From: Candidatus Abawacabacteria bacterium RBG_16_42_10
GTDB taxonomy: Bacteria; Patescibacteriota; Gracilibacteria; RBG-16-42-10
Direction of reading: 5' to 3'
NCBI GenBank assembly: GCA_001773455.1
Contig: MEWR01000023.1
Span: 50,485-96,838 of the forward strand
DNA length: 46,354 bases
Part shown: in pieces, positions 15,479 to 25,131 of the stretch
How positions within the stretch are numbered: position 1 is the first letter of the stretch
Layout: each line of letters starts with the position of its first letter
Position numbers and translations under genes: made by a program
The notes under the pieces: generated by a model
Told to the model about the DNA's origin: nothing
The model's input: the letters and a program-made list of their open reading frames with translations, nothing else
Database searches by the model: none

Positions 15479-18334
15479 ATGAAACTTACTGAATGGGTTT
15501 TGAAAAATCCTAAATCCTTTTGGGCGGTGCTTGCAGTATTTCTTGTTCTTGCTGGAGTGGCACTTATTGTCACCCCTATGCGCATGATGCCGTCCCTAGA
15601 AAGTCCAATCCTTGGTGTTGTTACTCGATCTGAAGGAAATCCTGCAACCATCGAAGAACAAATAACAATACCAATCGAAGAGACTGTGAAAGATCTTTCG
15701 CATATTCGTACGGTCAAAGCTGCGAGTACCATGAATACCAGCTTGGTTTTGATCCAATACGAATGGGGTACTGATATGCAGCAGGCAAAATCTCTTTTGC
15801 TGACCAAAGTTTCGGAGTTTGAAAATAAACTCAAAGTGTCTCATGAGAAACCTGTCGTTATTACTGTAGATCCGCTGAATCTTCCCGTAGTTGTGTATGG
15901 TTTTACAGGTACCGGGACACTCAATACTGGGACTGGATCTCTGGGCACTGGTTCGGGGTCTCTCGATAAATTGCGAAAAGATGTTGAGAAATTGGCAGAT
16001 AGTATTCGTATCGGCAGTGGACTGTCGAGCAGTGAGAATCGTGGCATACGTGCCGCTCTTGTCGGCGGTGGAAAATTCTCTCTCAGTGAACTTTCAAATG
16101 TATTTATTAGCGGGAAAATCGATTATCAGGCGGAAACGGTAAATTTTTCTGAAGGAGTGGATGAACAATCAATTGATGAAGAGTCAGGAACAGGAAGTAT
16201 GCTTGTTGAGGCAAGTTCAAGTGACATGGCAGTAGAAAAAGACATGGAAATGTTTTCTGGATATACTTTTGATGGGAAGGAAGGTGTAGAACTTGCAATA
16301 TACGGAGAGCAAAATGCAGACAGTCGAGACATCATTCAGAAGGTTGCTGAGAAAATTGAAAATTTTAAAGCGAAAAATCTGAATTACGAAGTGACAAAAG
16401 TTTACGATAACAGTCATTTCATTTCTCTGCTAGCGGAGAATATGGAAGACGAATTGCTCATTTCAATCATCTTGGCAGCTCTCATGCTCCTTATCTTTCT
16501 TCAAAGTGCGCGGGCGATGTGGATCGTGCTCATTACTATCCCAATTTCATTAGCTGGTGCTTTTGTTATATTTCCGCTTTTTAATATGAGTTTGAATAGT
16601 TCGACCCTGGTGGGGTTACTTTTGGCTATCGGACGTCTTGTCGATGATTCGATAGTCGTGATTCATGCGGTGCATCGTCATATCAAGGCCGGTATGTCGA
16701 AGGTAGAAGCAGCCATTACAGGAGTGAAGGAAGTTTATTTGGCGATTTTGTCAGCTACAGTTATTATGATGCTCGCTGTGCTACCTTTAGCTTTTGCACC
16801 TGGTCTGACTGGTATCATGTTTGTAGGCATTGCAGTTCCGATATTGGCAGCACTGGCTGTGTCCTTTTTTGTGTCAGTGACACTTACTCCTTTACTTGCT
16901 GTCACATTCTTTAAACATGGAATCAAAGAAGGTAGCCGCTGGAATCCTTTGACATGGTTTTATCGTTTGGCCGAATTTTTGCTTCATGGTTTGGAAATTG
17001 GTTATGGAAAAGTTCTGCAATTTTGTCTCAAAAACCGTTTCTTGGCCCTGTTTATTGCAATTCTTATTGCAGGGAGTGGTTTTAATCTCTGGCAAAAGAT
17101 CGGTAGTGAAATGATGCCACTTTCTGATACCGCACAAATCAGTCTTATGTATGACTTCAAAGCAGAGATATTTCCTGAAGATCGTATTAAACAGTCACTC
17201 GCCATTGAGAAGTTATTCTTAACTCAACCAGAAGTTGCGCATATTAGTTCAGAACTTGGCATGGTAAGTGATAGTTTTATCGCAGTGAATGGATTTAATC
17301 CCATGATGGAAAATTCAGTGTCTGCTCTTGTTACTCTCAAAGATAAAGGTGAAAGACAAACGTCAATTTGGGACGTTATAGATCGTTTGGCACCGGAGTT
17401 ACAGAAAAATCCTGCGATTGCCAAAGTGACTATGAAAGAGATGGGGGCTGATGTTATGGCTACGGCTGGAGCGCCAGCGGAAATTGTATTCAGTGCACAG
17501 AATAGAACCTTCCTGCAGTTTTTTGCGAAGGAGGCATTTGCAAAGGCACAAGGTATTGATGATCTTAAATTGCCTCATGCGACTGGTATAGACAACCAGA
17601 TGTTGTTATGGCGTGAGAATTTTAAGCCGAGTGTTATTATCGGCGGATTTTATCGACAAGGAAAAACTCCTTCCATGCAATTGGTTGGCAAAATGTGGGG
17701 CGAGGCAGAACGTCTGAAACAGGATGTGTTAAAACGTTCGAATATTACCGATTACTCCACTGTTACAATTACCGGCAGGGGAGATATGGTCGAAATGATG
17801 GATGCCACCAATATCATGGTAAAGAATTTGCTTATCGCTGCGATTTTGATTTTCTTTACCCTCATCATATTCTTCCGTTCATTTAGTTTGCCGTTCATCA
17901 TTTTCCTGGCTATTCCACTGGAACTTACAGGAGTATTGGGTGCCCTCTATCTCATGCAGCAAACATTCTCAACAGTTTCTATCTTAGGTATCATTGTTCT
18001 CAATGGTATCGATGTAGCCACGGCAATATTGCTCATTGATTTCCTGCAAAATTACAAAGCCAAAACCAAAGTTGCAAGAAATAAGCATATTATCAGTGCT
18101 GCAACAATTCGTTTACGACCGGTCTTGATGACGGTGCTTATTACAATTTTAGTTTTAATACCCTTAGCATTTTACCCAAAAGCTGGTATCGATGCGTTTA
18201 GTCCTTTAGCAACAGTGATTTTGGGGGGACTTACTATGTCGAGTGTTCTCGTGTTGATCGTGGTGCCAACGTTATTTACAATTTTTGATGACTTTCGTAT
18301 GAGAAAGAAATCAAAACTGATTACTACTAATTAA
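15479..18334 (+). CDS. RND-superfamily (AcrB-like) efflux transporter permease
   Basis: 951 aa with two 6-TM bundles (for example GLLLAIGRLVDDSIVVIH) separating periplasmic-loop regions. Carries an unusual G/T/S-rich and acidic insertion around residues 140-260. Confidence 0.8.
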   Translation: MKLTEWVLKNPKSFWAVLAVFLVLAGVALIVTPMRMMPSLESPILGVVTRSEGNPATIEEQITIPIEETVKDLSHIRTVKAASTMNTSLVLIQYEWGTDMQQAKSLLLTKVSEFENKLKVSHEKPVVITVDPLNLPVVVYGFTGTGTLNTGTGSLGTGSGSLDKLRKDVEKLADSIRIGSGLSSSENRGIRAALVGGGKFSLSELSNVFISGKIDYQAETVNFSEGVDEQSIDEESGTGSMLVEASSSDMAVEKDMEMFSGYTFDGKEGVELAIYGEQNADSRDIIQKVAEKIENFKAKNLNYEVTKVYDNSHFISLLAENMEDELLISIILAALMLLIFLQSARAMWIVLITIPISLAGAFVIFPLFNMSLNSSTLVGLLLAIGRLVDDSIVVIHAVHRHIKAGMSKVEAAITGVKEVYLAILSATVIMMLAVLPLAFAPGLTGIMFVGIAVPILAALAVSFFVSVTLTPLLAVTFFKHGIKEGSRWNPLTWFYRLAEFLLHGLEIGYGKVLQFCLKNRFLALFIAILIAGSGFNLWQKIGSEMMPLSDTAQISLMYDFKAEIFPEDRIKQSLAIEKLFLTQPEVAHISSELGMVSDSFIAVNGFNPMMENSVSALVTLKDKGERQTSIWDVIDRLAPELQKNPAIAKVTMKEMGADVMATAGAPAEIVFSAQNRTFLQFFAKEAFAKAQGIDDLKLPHATGIDNQMLLWRENFKPSVIIGGFYRQGKTPSMQLVGKMWGEAERLKQDVLKRSNITDYSTVTITGRGDMVEMMDATNIMVKNLLIAAILIFFTLIIFFRSFSLPFIIFLAIPLELTGVLGALYLMQQTFSTVSILGIIVLNGIDVATAILLIDFLQNYKAKTKVARNKHIISAATIRLRPVLMTVLITILVLIPLAFYPKAGIDAFSPLATVILGGLTMSSVLVLIVVPTLFTIFDDFRMRKKSKLITTN

Positions 18335-18341
18335 TTTCTAT

Positions 18342-18503
18342 ATGTTTATTCACAGATACATTGTTATTTTGACTATTGCTATACTGGCCATGTTAGCAGT
18401 TACTGTTGTAACACTTATTTTCATGTGGCCTGAAACGGCGACTCTTAACGAGTTAGAAAATCCAAATCCAACTTTAGATTTTTTCTCGAATCATCACCAT
18501 TAA
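18342..18503 (+). CDS. Short ORF (53 aa) duplicating the N-terminal TM anchor of the next gene
   Basis: Own translation: MFIHRYIVILTIAILAMLAVTVVTLIFMWPETATLNELENPNPTLDFFSNHHH. Compare MFIHKHKLTLGLTLLVVLIAAIIVMWPKIAARSEVENLYPMSSFSHVHG of 18514-19419. Confidence 0.3.
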   Translation: MFIHRYIVILTIAILAMLAVTVVTLIFMWPETATLNELENPNPTLDFFSNHHH

Positions 18504-18513
18504 TTTTATTATT

Positions 18514-19419
18514 ATGTTTATTCATAAGCACAAATTAACGTTAGGACTAACCTTGTTGGTGGTCCTTATTGCAGCCATCATTGTCATGTGGCCTAAGATA
18601 GCAGCTCGAAGTGAAGTAGAAAATCTTTATCCTATGAGCTCTTTCTCACATGTCCATGGTATGTCGGTAGACGTAAAAGATGTTACGAGACTATATCTGG
18701 CGACACATCAAGGATTATATCGATTGGACAATGATAGTAACCTGTATCGTATCGGTAAGACGCGAAATGACTTGATGGGTTTTTCTCCCCATCCCCAGGA
18801 AGTTGAAATATTTTTTAGTAGTGGTCATCCGCAAAATGGAGGTAATATCGGAGTGCAGAAGTCCACCGATGGCGGCGTCTCATGGACCAAACTGAGTAAT
18901 GGTCTTAATGGTCCGGTTGATTTTCATGCGATGGCCATAAGTACTGCTGATCCTGAAACGCTGTATGGATGGAACGGGTCACTCCAAAGAAGTGGTGATG
19001 GTGGTAAAACATGGGAAAAACTTAGTGCGAAGGGACTCTCTAATGTCATAAGTCTGACTACCCACTCTCGTCAGCCAGCAACAATAATTGCTGCTACGGC
19101 GCAGGGGATCATGATCAGTGAAGATAGAGGGCAGTCTTGGGAAATACTATCGGGGTCTTTAGAAGGTGCTTTTGTTTTAACTGTTGCCATTGATTATCAG
19201 TATTCCAATCAATGGTTGTCATATTCAGATAAACTGGGTTTGGCTTCGAGCAATGATAGTGGTAAAACTTGGCAAAAGATTGAGAGTGATTTTTCTGGAG
19301 AAAGGGTCATGCATCTTGCTTTTGCTTCATCAGATTCTTCTCTTGTTTATGCAGTAACAGATAAAAATAACATATATAAGAGCACTGATGGTGGTATCAT
19401 TTGGAAAAAGGTTTTCTAA
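18514..19419 (+). CDS. Membrane-anchored BNR/Asp-box repeat beta-propeller protein (sialidase/Ycf48-like fold)
   Basis: Five SxDxGxTW-type boxes: STDGGVSWTKL, SGDGGKTWEKL, SEDRGQSWEIL, SNDSGKTWQKI, STDGGIIWKKV. Confidence 0.75.
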   Translation: MFIHKHKLTLGLTLLVVLIAAIIVMWPKIAARSEVENLYPMSSFSHVHGMSVDVKDVTRLYLATHQGLYRLDNDSNLYRIGKTRNDLMGFSPHPQEVEIFFSSGHPQNGGNIGVQKSTDGGVSWTKLSNGLNGPVDFHAMAISTADPETLYGWNGSLQRSGDGGKTWEKLSAKGLSNVISLTTHSRQPATIIAATAQGIMISEDRGQSWEILSGSLEGAFVLTVAIDYQYSNQWLSYSDKLGLASSNDSGKTWQKIESDFSGERVMHLAFASSDSSLVYAVTDKNNIYKSTDGGIIWKKVF

Positions 19420-19427
19420 TCTTTATC

Positions 19428-19616
19428 ATGAAGAATGCATTTGGTGAATATGATATCGATGTATCGCAAGAGAAAAATTATTCTTGCCAGATTTGTGGTC
19501 TTCAGTATGAAGAACAAGCATTGGCACAGAAATGTCAGGACTGGTGTACTCAGCATCAGTCCTGCAGTCTTACGATTGCGAAACATGCAGTAAGAAAACC
19601 AAAATATAAGAATTAA
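19428..19616 (+). CDS. Small cysteine-rich protein (62 aa)
   Basis: YSCQICGLQYEEQALAQKCQDWCTQHQSC. ATG at 19428, just after the stop of the BNR gene. Confidence 0.45.
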   Translation: MKNAFGEYDIDVSQEKNYSCQICGLQYEEQALAQKCQDWCTQHQSCSLTIAKHAVRKPKYKN

Positions 19617-19709
19617 GAATGCAGGAATGTAGGAAGAATGAGGAAAACAAACAAAATAAAAACCTTCATTCTCTTCATTCTAAATTTTTATTATTCATCT
19701 TCATCTTCT

Positions 19710-19729
19710 CCTTGCGCGTTCGCGCAAGG
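19710..19729. other. Perfect 20-nt GC-rich palindrome CCTTGCGCGTTCGCGCAAGG
   Basis: Read directly. Lies between the Cys-rich gene and the long leader of the RRM gene. No T-run follows it. Confidence 0.6.
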
Positions 19730-19843
19730 TAGAGTATATTTCCTCTGGTTTAAGGTTCACCAAAAGTTCTGTGCCTGTCCGTTAGGAAGGAGTTGAGTCT
19801 GCGGTGTTGATCTATAAGCCGCATATATTTAACCCTTATTTTT

Positions 19844-20140
19844 GTGCAAGAAGCTCAAACGTTCAAACTGTTCGTCGGTGGGATCCCTTATTCTATGACC
19901 TCTGACCAGGTTCAAGAACTCTTCAGTGATGGAGGGAAATTCAAGGTCGCTTCTGTCTACTTACCTGTAGATCGTATGAATAACAATCGCCCTCGTGGCT
20001 TTGGTTTCGTAGAATTTGAATCTCATGAAGAGGCTCAAGCCGCTATGGAGAAATTCAATGGCTTCGAAGTTGAAGGTCGCAAGCTCAAAGTTAACGAAGC
20101 TCGTCCAAAGGATGAAAGTGGTCGTGGTGATCGTGAATAA
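19844..20140 (+). CDS. RNA-binding protein with a single RRM domain
   Basis: RNP-2 KLFVGG and RNP-1 RGFGFVEF. GTG start. Confidence 0.8.
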   Translation: MQEAQTFKLFVGGIPYSMTSDQVQELFSDGGKFKVASVYLPVDRMNNNRPRGFGFVEFESHEEAQAAMEKFNGFEVEGRKLKVNEARPKDESGRGDRE

Positions 20141-20158
20141 TTCATTATCTTAAATTTT

Positions 20159-20350
20159 ATGGCACGTCGTTGTGATCTTACTGGCAAACAACCAAGTTCC
20201 GGAAATAATCGTCCTTTTTCATTGAAGGCGACGAGACGTCGTTTTTTGCCTAATTTACAGAAACGTCGTGTCCTGATCGGTCCTGGCCAATACATTACCC
20301 TAAAGGTATCTGCAAAGGCCTTAAAGACTCTCTGTAAGGATTTAGTATAA
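20159..20350 (+). CDS. rpmB: 50S ribosomal protein L28
   Basis: MARRCDLTGKQPSSGNNRPFSLKATRRRFLPNLQKRRV is the typical L28 N-terminus. Confidence 0.9.
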   Translation: MARRCDLTGKQPSSGNNRPFSLKATRRRFLPNLQKRRVLIGPGQYITLKVSAKALKTLCKDLV

Positions 20351-20354
20351 TAAT

Positions 20355-21932
20355 GTGTCGACAATTTCTCCCAATAAAGTTCACATTGGTTACGTATTAG
20401 CCAGTGACTTTATTGAGGGAATACGGGTGAGAATTACCGATCCGGAGTACATGAAACAACTTCGCATCGGGCAATTGCTCGTGATCGAACAAGAAAACGG
20501 TGATAGCATTTATGCTCAAGTAGAAAATCTGCATACTGACTGGCACAAAGATATTCGTGAATTAAATATGCCAAGTGCTGTCCCCACGAAACCTGCTCTG
20601 ATGCAAAAATTATTTATCGAGCAGGAGATTTTGCTGAAGGCAGTGAAAGTAAATCGTTCAGGAAATTTACTGGCGATGCGTTCTATTCCACTACCGGGAG
20701 AAGCTGTTCGTTTCGCTTCCGATGATGATATAGGCCAAATCTATGGTCCTAAAGACGCGGAGCATATTTACATTGGTGAGCCTTTGGAAATGACATCACC
20801 AGTGGTGATGAATGTAAAGAAATTCGTGGAACGCAGTAATGGTATATTCGGCAAATCTGGTACCGGCAAATCATTCTTAGCTCGCATCATTCTCTCCGAA
20901 CTCATTCGCAGCCAAAAAGTGGCGACGTTGATTTTTGATATGCACAGTGAATACGGCTGGGAATCGATGAGTGAACAAGGACATATCAAAGGCTTACGTC
21001 AGCTATTTCCTCAACAAGTACTGATCTTTACGCTCGATGAAGATTCTTCCAAAGGACGTGGTGTTCAGCCTGATCATGTGCTGAAGATTGCTCCAGAAAT
21101 GATCACTATTGATGATATCGCCATTTTGGCGGAAGAATTGGATCTCTCTCAGGCCATGCTCGATGCCATGGAAATTATTCATAAAAAAGAAGGTAAATAT
21201 TGGCTCAGACGTATCAGCACGCTTGATCCTATGGATATCAGGACACAAGCGGAATTTTACGGTGTGGTCGAAGGCAGTTTGCAAGCTCTCTATCGCAAAC
21301 TTAATCGCATTATGTCGCTACCTTTCTTAAAAGAAGGTGAAGATACACTTTCTACCTTATTTATGGCTCTTGAGTCAGCAAAGACCATTGTCTTAGAATT
21401 TGGTCATTACAATAATCTGGTGAGCTATATGCTGGTCTCCAATCTCATTACACGTCATCTGCACAGTCGCTATGTCAAAGCCACAGAGAAGTTCATCAAT
21501 AGTCGTAATATTGCTGACAAGCCTGTGCCTCTGATGATTGTGGTTGAAGAAGCGCACAAATTCCTCCAGGGTCGCGTTGCTCGTAATACAACCTTCGGCA
21601 CTATCGCCCGAGAAATGCGAAAATATTCAGTTACGTTGCTTATTATCGATCAACGACCATCTTCGATCGATCGAGAGGTATTATCGCAATTAGGCACAAG
21701 AATCGTAGCGATGCTCAATGATCCTGATGATATTGATGCTGTTTTCACTGGTGTCTCTGATCGTGGTATGCTCAAAAACTGGCTATCCACACTGGATACC
21801 AAGAAACAAGTATTGCTCCTCGGTCATGCTATCCCTATTCCCACTGTCGTCCGTGTCCGCGACTACAATGAAGACTTTTATAAATCAATGATCACTGATA
21901 CTGATAAAGGTGTGAAGGAATTGTTTGGATGA
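20355..21932 (+). CDS. HerA-like (DUF87) P-loop ATPase with an N-terminal HAS-barrel
   Basis: Walker A GIFGKSGTGKSF, Walker B LMIVVEEAHKF, IIDQRPS motif, N-terminal barrel-like segment (IGYVLASDFIEGIRVRITD...GQLLVIE). GTG start. Confidence 0.75.
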   Translation: MSTISPNKVHIGYVLASDFIEGIRVRITDPEYMKQLRIGQLLVIEQENGDSIYAQVENLHTDWHKDIRELNMPSAVPTKPALMQKLFIEQEILLKAVKVNRSGNLLAMRSIPLPGEAVRFASDDDIGQIYGPKDAEHIYIGEPLEMTSPVVMNVKKFVERSNGIFGKSGTGKSFLARIILSELIRSQKVATLIFDMHSEYGWESMSEQGHIKGLRQLFPQQVLIFTLDEDSSKGRGVQPDHVLKIAPEMITIDDIAILAEELDLSQAMLDAMEIIHKKEGKYWLRRISTLDPMDIRTQAEFYGVVEGSLQALYRKLNRIMSLPFLKEGEDTLSTLFMALESAKTIVLEFGHYNNLVSYMLVSNLITRHLHSRYVKATEKFINSRNIADKPVPLMIVVEEAHKFLQGRVARNTTFGTIAREMRKYSVTLLIIDQRPSSIDREVLSQLGTRIVAMLNDPDDIDAVFTGVSDRGMLKNWLSTLDTKKQVLLLGHAIPIPTVVRVRDYNEDFYKSMITDTDKGVKELFG

Positions 21933-22219
21933 GGAACTCACTTGTTGACACTGGTGTTGTTTGTCTTTATATTGCTGTCCTAGTTTTAAGTTTAAATATG
22001 TCATTATTAGAAAATCTACAATTTGATATTGAAGGTGTGCCTGAAACAGAGCTACCTGAAAAAATGTTAGCGGCGGAAAATACTGACACAAGGGATGCAA
22101 TCTCTGGATTTATTAGTTTTCCCCAGATAGATGAAGTCTTACAACGTACCACTATTGAGGATATTCTTTCCAAATACCAATCTCCTTCCACCAAAATCCC
22201 TGGCGAAGTGAATTTTTGA
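21929..22219 (+). CDS. Hypothetical small protein (96 aa) with one TM helix, translationally coupled to the HerA-like gene
   Basis: ATGA overlap with the upstream stop. TM segment VVCLYIAVLVLSL and an acidic tail. Confidence 0.4.
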   Translation: MRNSLVDTGVVCLYIAVLVLSLNMSLLENLQFDIEGVPETELPEKMLAAENTDTRDAISGFISFPQIDEVLQRTTIEDILSKYQSPSTKIPGEVNF

Positions 22220-22292
22220 CATTACCCTTCTTTCTCGCCTTTACCTTTGGGTTGTCTATGGTACTCTATAGGTAATTTTTCAGTTTCGGTTT

Positions 22293-22739
22293 ATGTATCG
22301 TCATAATGTAGCCGCAGTCGTGATCAATCACGATAAACAAGTGCTAATTGGTAAAAGAAATGTTCCTCAGGATCATTGGCAATTTCCCCAGGGAGGCGTC
22401 AATGAAGGCGAAAGTGAACAAGAGGCGATGATGCGTGAATTACAAGAAGAATTGGGTAATAATAAGTTTTCTCTGCTCTACAAATCGAAACATTTGCATC
22501 GTTTTGAATGGCCGAAAAGTCAATTGCGTAATGATGGACTTATTGGTCAAGAACAACGTTATTTCTTGGTACTTTTCTACGGCAAGGATAATGAGATCAA
22601 GCTGGAAGAACGGGCTTTGCTTGATTTTGAATGGGTTGATCAAAATAAAGTCTTGGAGAGAATTTTCCCCGCTCGTCGACTTATTTACGATGCTGTGCTC
22701 CAAGAATTCCTTCCTATCATTAAGACGTCTACCACATGA
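22293..22739 (+). CDS. Nudix hydrolase, RppH-like
   Basis: Nudix box GGVNEGESEQEAMMRELQEELG. Confidence 0.7.
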   Translation: MYRHNVAAVVINHDKQVLIGKRNVPQDHWQFPQGGVNEGESEQEAMMRELQEELGNNKFSLLYKSKHLHRFEWPKSQLRNDGLIGQEQRYFLVLFYGKDNEIKLEERALLDFEWVDQNKVLERIFPARRLIYDAVLQEFLPIIKTSTT

Positions 22740-25126
22740 AAAAACTGTTTTCTATCGTCTCTGTATGTGCTTTTATTTCTCTGTCCGTCTCTTCTGTTCA
22801 AGCTGCCGAGCAATTCCCGGATGTGAACTCTGACTACATGTATGGCCAAGCGATTCAATTCTTAAAAGATAGGGGAGTCGTTAATGGTTTTCCTGACGGG
22901 ACATTTGGGCCGGAGCGTCTGATCACTCGTGCTGAATTGCTCAAGATTGCTTTAGAAGGAGCCAAGGTTGATACGAGTAACTATGCCAGTAAATCCTCAC
23001 CGTTTCCTGATTTGAGTGATGATCATTCTTTGCGTCGTTATGTGATTTACGCGTATGAGAAACATATTGTTTCTGGTTATCCGGATGGTACGTATCGTCC
23101 CAATCAACCGACAACACGAGGAGAGGCAATAAAAATGCTGCTCAATATCAATGAAACGGAGCTTTCACCCATCACCACAGCATTTTATCGTGACACTGCA
23201 TTGGATAATCCTCTAGCATCATTTGTCTATGAAGCGCGTGAACAGAAAATTATTCCCTACAAATACAATGCCGACAATGCAGGTATTGACGAACAAATAA
23301 TTCGTGGAGAAGTGGGTGAGATGATGTATCGGTTATTGTATGTCAAAGAGAGAGGCTTGGACCAATTTCCAGAAATACTCCAAAATCCATCGGTTGTGCT
23401 TGGTGATCATCCAGTTGATGTATTTCAGGGAGTCACTTTACAAAGTCCGCTACCCAAAACAGCTATTGCCGAGACCTTTTATCCTATCAGTGTGACTACC
23501 AATGCAGGACTGGTAAAATTACTCGTACAGAATGCCAGTGGTAAGAAATGGTTATGGGAATACAAAGTCGCTCAAGGAAAGGCGAATTTTGATTTGATTT
23601 TCCCTGAGGCCGGTATATACGATGTTGCAATTTTACCGGACACTGCCGGGGATCGTGTATGGGGGGTAAAGATTACTGTGTTGTCAGATTGGCAAGTGAG
23701 TGGTGGCAGCCTAACTCCGCCCGCTAATCCGGAGTTTGCTATTGATGATACCAATCAAACTTGGCTCTCCTGGGATAATAATGCTGAAAATGCAGTGCTT
23801 AAACTAGCTTGTGAACAAGGAGCAAGAAGGGTGACTCGTTTCATTGTGGCCAATAGTGACAAGTGGCAATTGGATTATCAGATCTTTAGTGGCTTTGTAG
23901 AAGGAAGTATCACATGTCATCTTGCTCAGGCTCAAAGAAATACTTCTTGGATATCAACTCTGAATAATTTTGAGGAAGAAAGAACCTGGGCATTTTCTGC
24001 TCTGCAACATCATTTTCGGACTTGGGAAAAAAATAAATTAGCGGTTGATAATTTGCCGCTCTTTACCAATGCACCGACATTGCGTTTCAGTGGTGAGTCA
24101 CACATTGATCTTTCGAATTATGCTGAAGTGATAAATCCCGATGGGTCGGTAGATGTTTTCCCTCTTGAAGACAATGAAACAGGCACGCTTCCTTCTGACC
24201 GACCATGGTCACTGAGTATTGAATTTTCACAGTCGGGTGTCTATTTCTTTGAAATTAATGATGTTGAAGGCATTGCTGTTCTCAACACGCCAATTTATAA
24301 GGGAGTTACCGGAGTACCGGTACTTCCTGATTTTATGGATATGCAAGTTGGTGTGGTGCTTGAGACCAAAGTATCGTTAACAAATAGCGCCAAGAATGAT
24401 ATGCGCAGTGATTTATTGCAGAGAATCAATGAAGTTCGCGCGAGACAAGGCAAATCTCAAATAATCCTTGATGAACAATTAAATGACTTTGCTCAGTCTC
24501 ATGTCGACGACATGGTAGCAAGCAATTATTTTTCCCATCGTGACCAGAGAGGCCGTGGCCCTGATGAAAGGAAAGCCGATTTTGGAATTACTTTACCGGT
24601 TGGAGAAAATATTGCTTTTAGTGTAGATATTCCTTCTATTGATGCTGGGCTTCGTCGAAGTGCTGTGCATTTGCTCAATATGCTCGATGGTCGATGGATT
24701 CGGGTGGGTATTGGCCTTTTCTATGATCAAGATGGACTTCTTTATGTGGTAGAGGAATTTTCTACGCGTTCTTTTGTCAGTAGTCCCATGACTGTGGGAG
24801 AAAAAGCAGAATTGAAACAAAGAACACTGGATCGTATTAATACCAATCGTACGGCTGTAGGGCTTACACCTCTCATGATCAGTCATGAGTATGATGCCGC
24901 TTTGGCTACGTGGGCTGCAAATCCTCGCACAGAGAGCCTTAGAAATTTACTTTTGGATGCAGGACTTACAACTGGTAGATTGATAAATTCAGAAGGAGAA
25001 TATTCATCAAATTTGCCTGCAGAATTGGCATTGCAGACCGCAGTTACTGTTTCAAATCTCAGTAAGATGAATATGGATATAGCATTTGAAGGTGAGACTA
25101 TGCTTGTAGCAATGGTACTTTATTGA
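22736..25126 (+). CDS. Large secreted protein: N-terminal SLH repeats, central unknown region, two C-terminal CAP/SCP (YkwD-like) domains
   Basis: Signal peptide. SLH-type FPDVNSDYMYGQAIQFLKDRGVVNGFPDG..TRAELLKI and FPDLSDDHSLRRYVIYAYEKHIVSGYPDG. CAP-like RINEVRARQGKSQIILDEQLNDFAQSHVDDMVASNYFSH and a second RINTNRTAVGLTPL. Confidence 0.7.
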   Translation: MKKLFSIVSVCAFISLSVSSVQAAEQFPDVNSDYMYGQAIQFLKDRGVVNGFPDGTFGPERLITRAELLKIALEGAKVDTSNYASKSSPFPDLSDDHSLRRYVIYAYEKHIVSGYPDGTYRPNQPTTRGEAIKMLLNINETELSPITTAFYRDTALDNPLASFVYEAREQKIIPYKYNADNAGIDEQIIRGEVGEMMYRLLYVKERGLDQFPEILQNPSVVLGDHPVDVFQGVTLQSPLPKTAIAETFYPISVTTNAGLVKLLVQNASGKKWLWEYKVAQGKANFDLIFPEAGIYDVAILPDTAGDRVWGVKITVLSDWQVSGGSLTPPANPEFAIDDTNQTWLSWDNNAENAVLKLACEQGARRVTRFIVANSDKWQLDYQIFSGFVEGSITCHLAQAQRNTSWISTLNNFEEERTWAFSALQHHFRTWEKNKLAVDNLPLFTNAPTLRFSGESHIDLSNYAEVINPDGSVDVFPLEDNETGTLPSDRPWSLSIEFSQSGVYFFEINDVEGIAVLNTPIYKGVTGVPVLPDFMDMQVGVVLETKVSLTNSAKNDMRSDLLQRINEVRARQGKSQIILDEQLNDFAQSHVDDMVASNYFSHRDQRGRGPDERKADFGITLPVGENIAFSVDIPSIDAGLRRSAVHLLNMLDGRWIRVGIGLFYDQDGLLYVVEEFSTRSFVSSPMTVGEKAELKQRTLDRINTNRTAVGLTPLMISHEYDAALATWAANPRTESLRNLLLDAGLTTGRLINSEGEYSSNLPAELALQTAVTVSNLSKMNMDIAFEGETMLVAMVLY

Positions 25127-25131
25127 TCATT

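Noticed and set aside
15253-15834. 193-aa minus-strand ORF
   Set aside because: It is antisense to the lipoprotein gene and the start of the RND gene, both of which have clear protein features.
19760-19800. GGAAGGA-containing segment as a possible SRP (4.5S) RNA helix 8
   Set aside because: The closing base pairs for a GGAA tetraloop and the conserved AGCA/symmetric loop are missing, and the surrounding sequence does not form the long helix.
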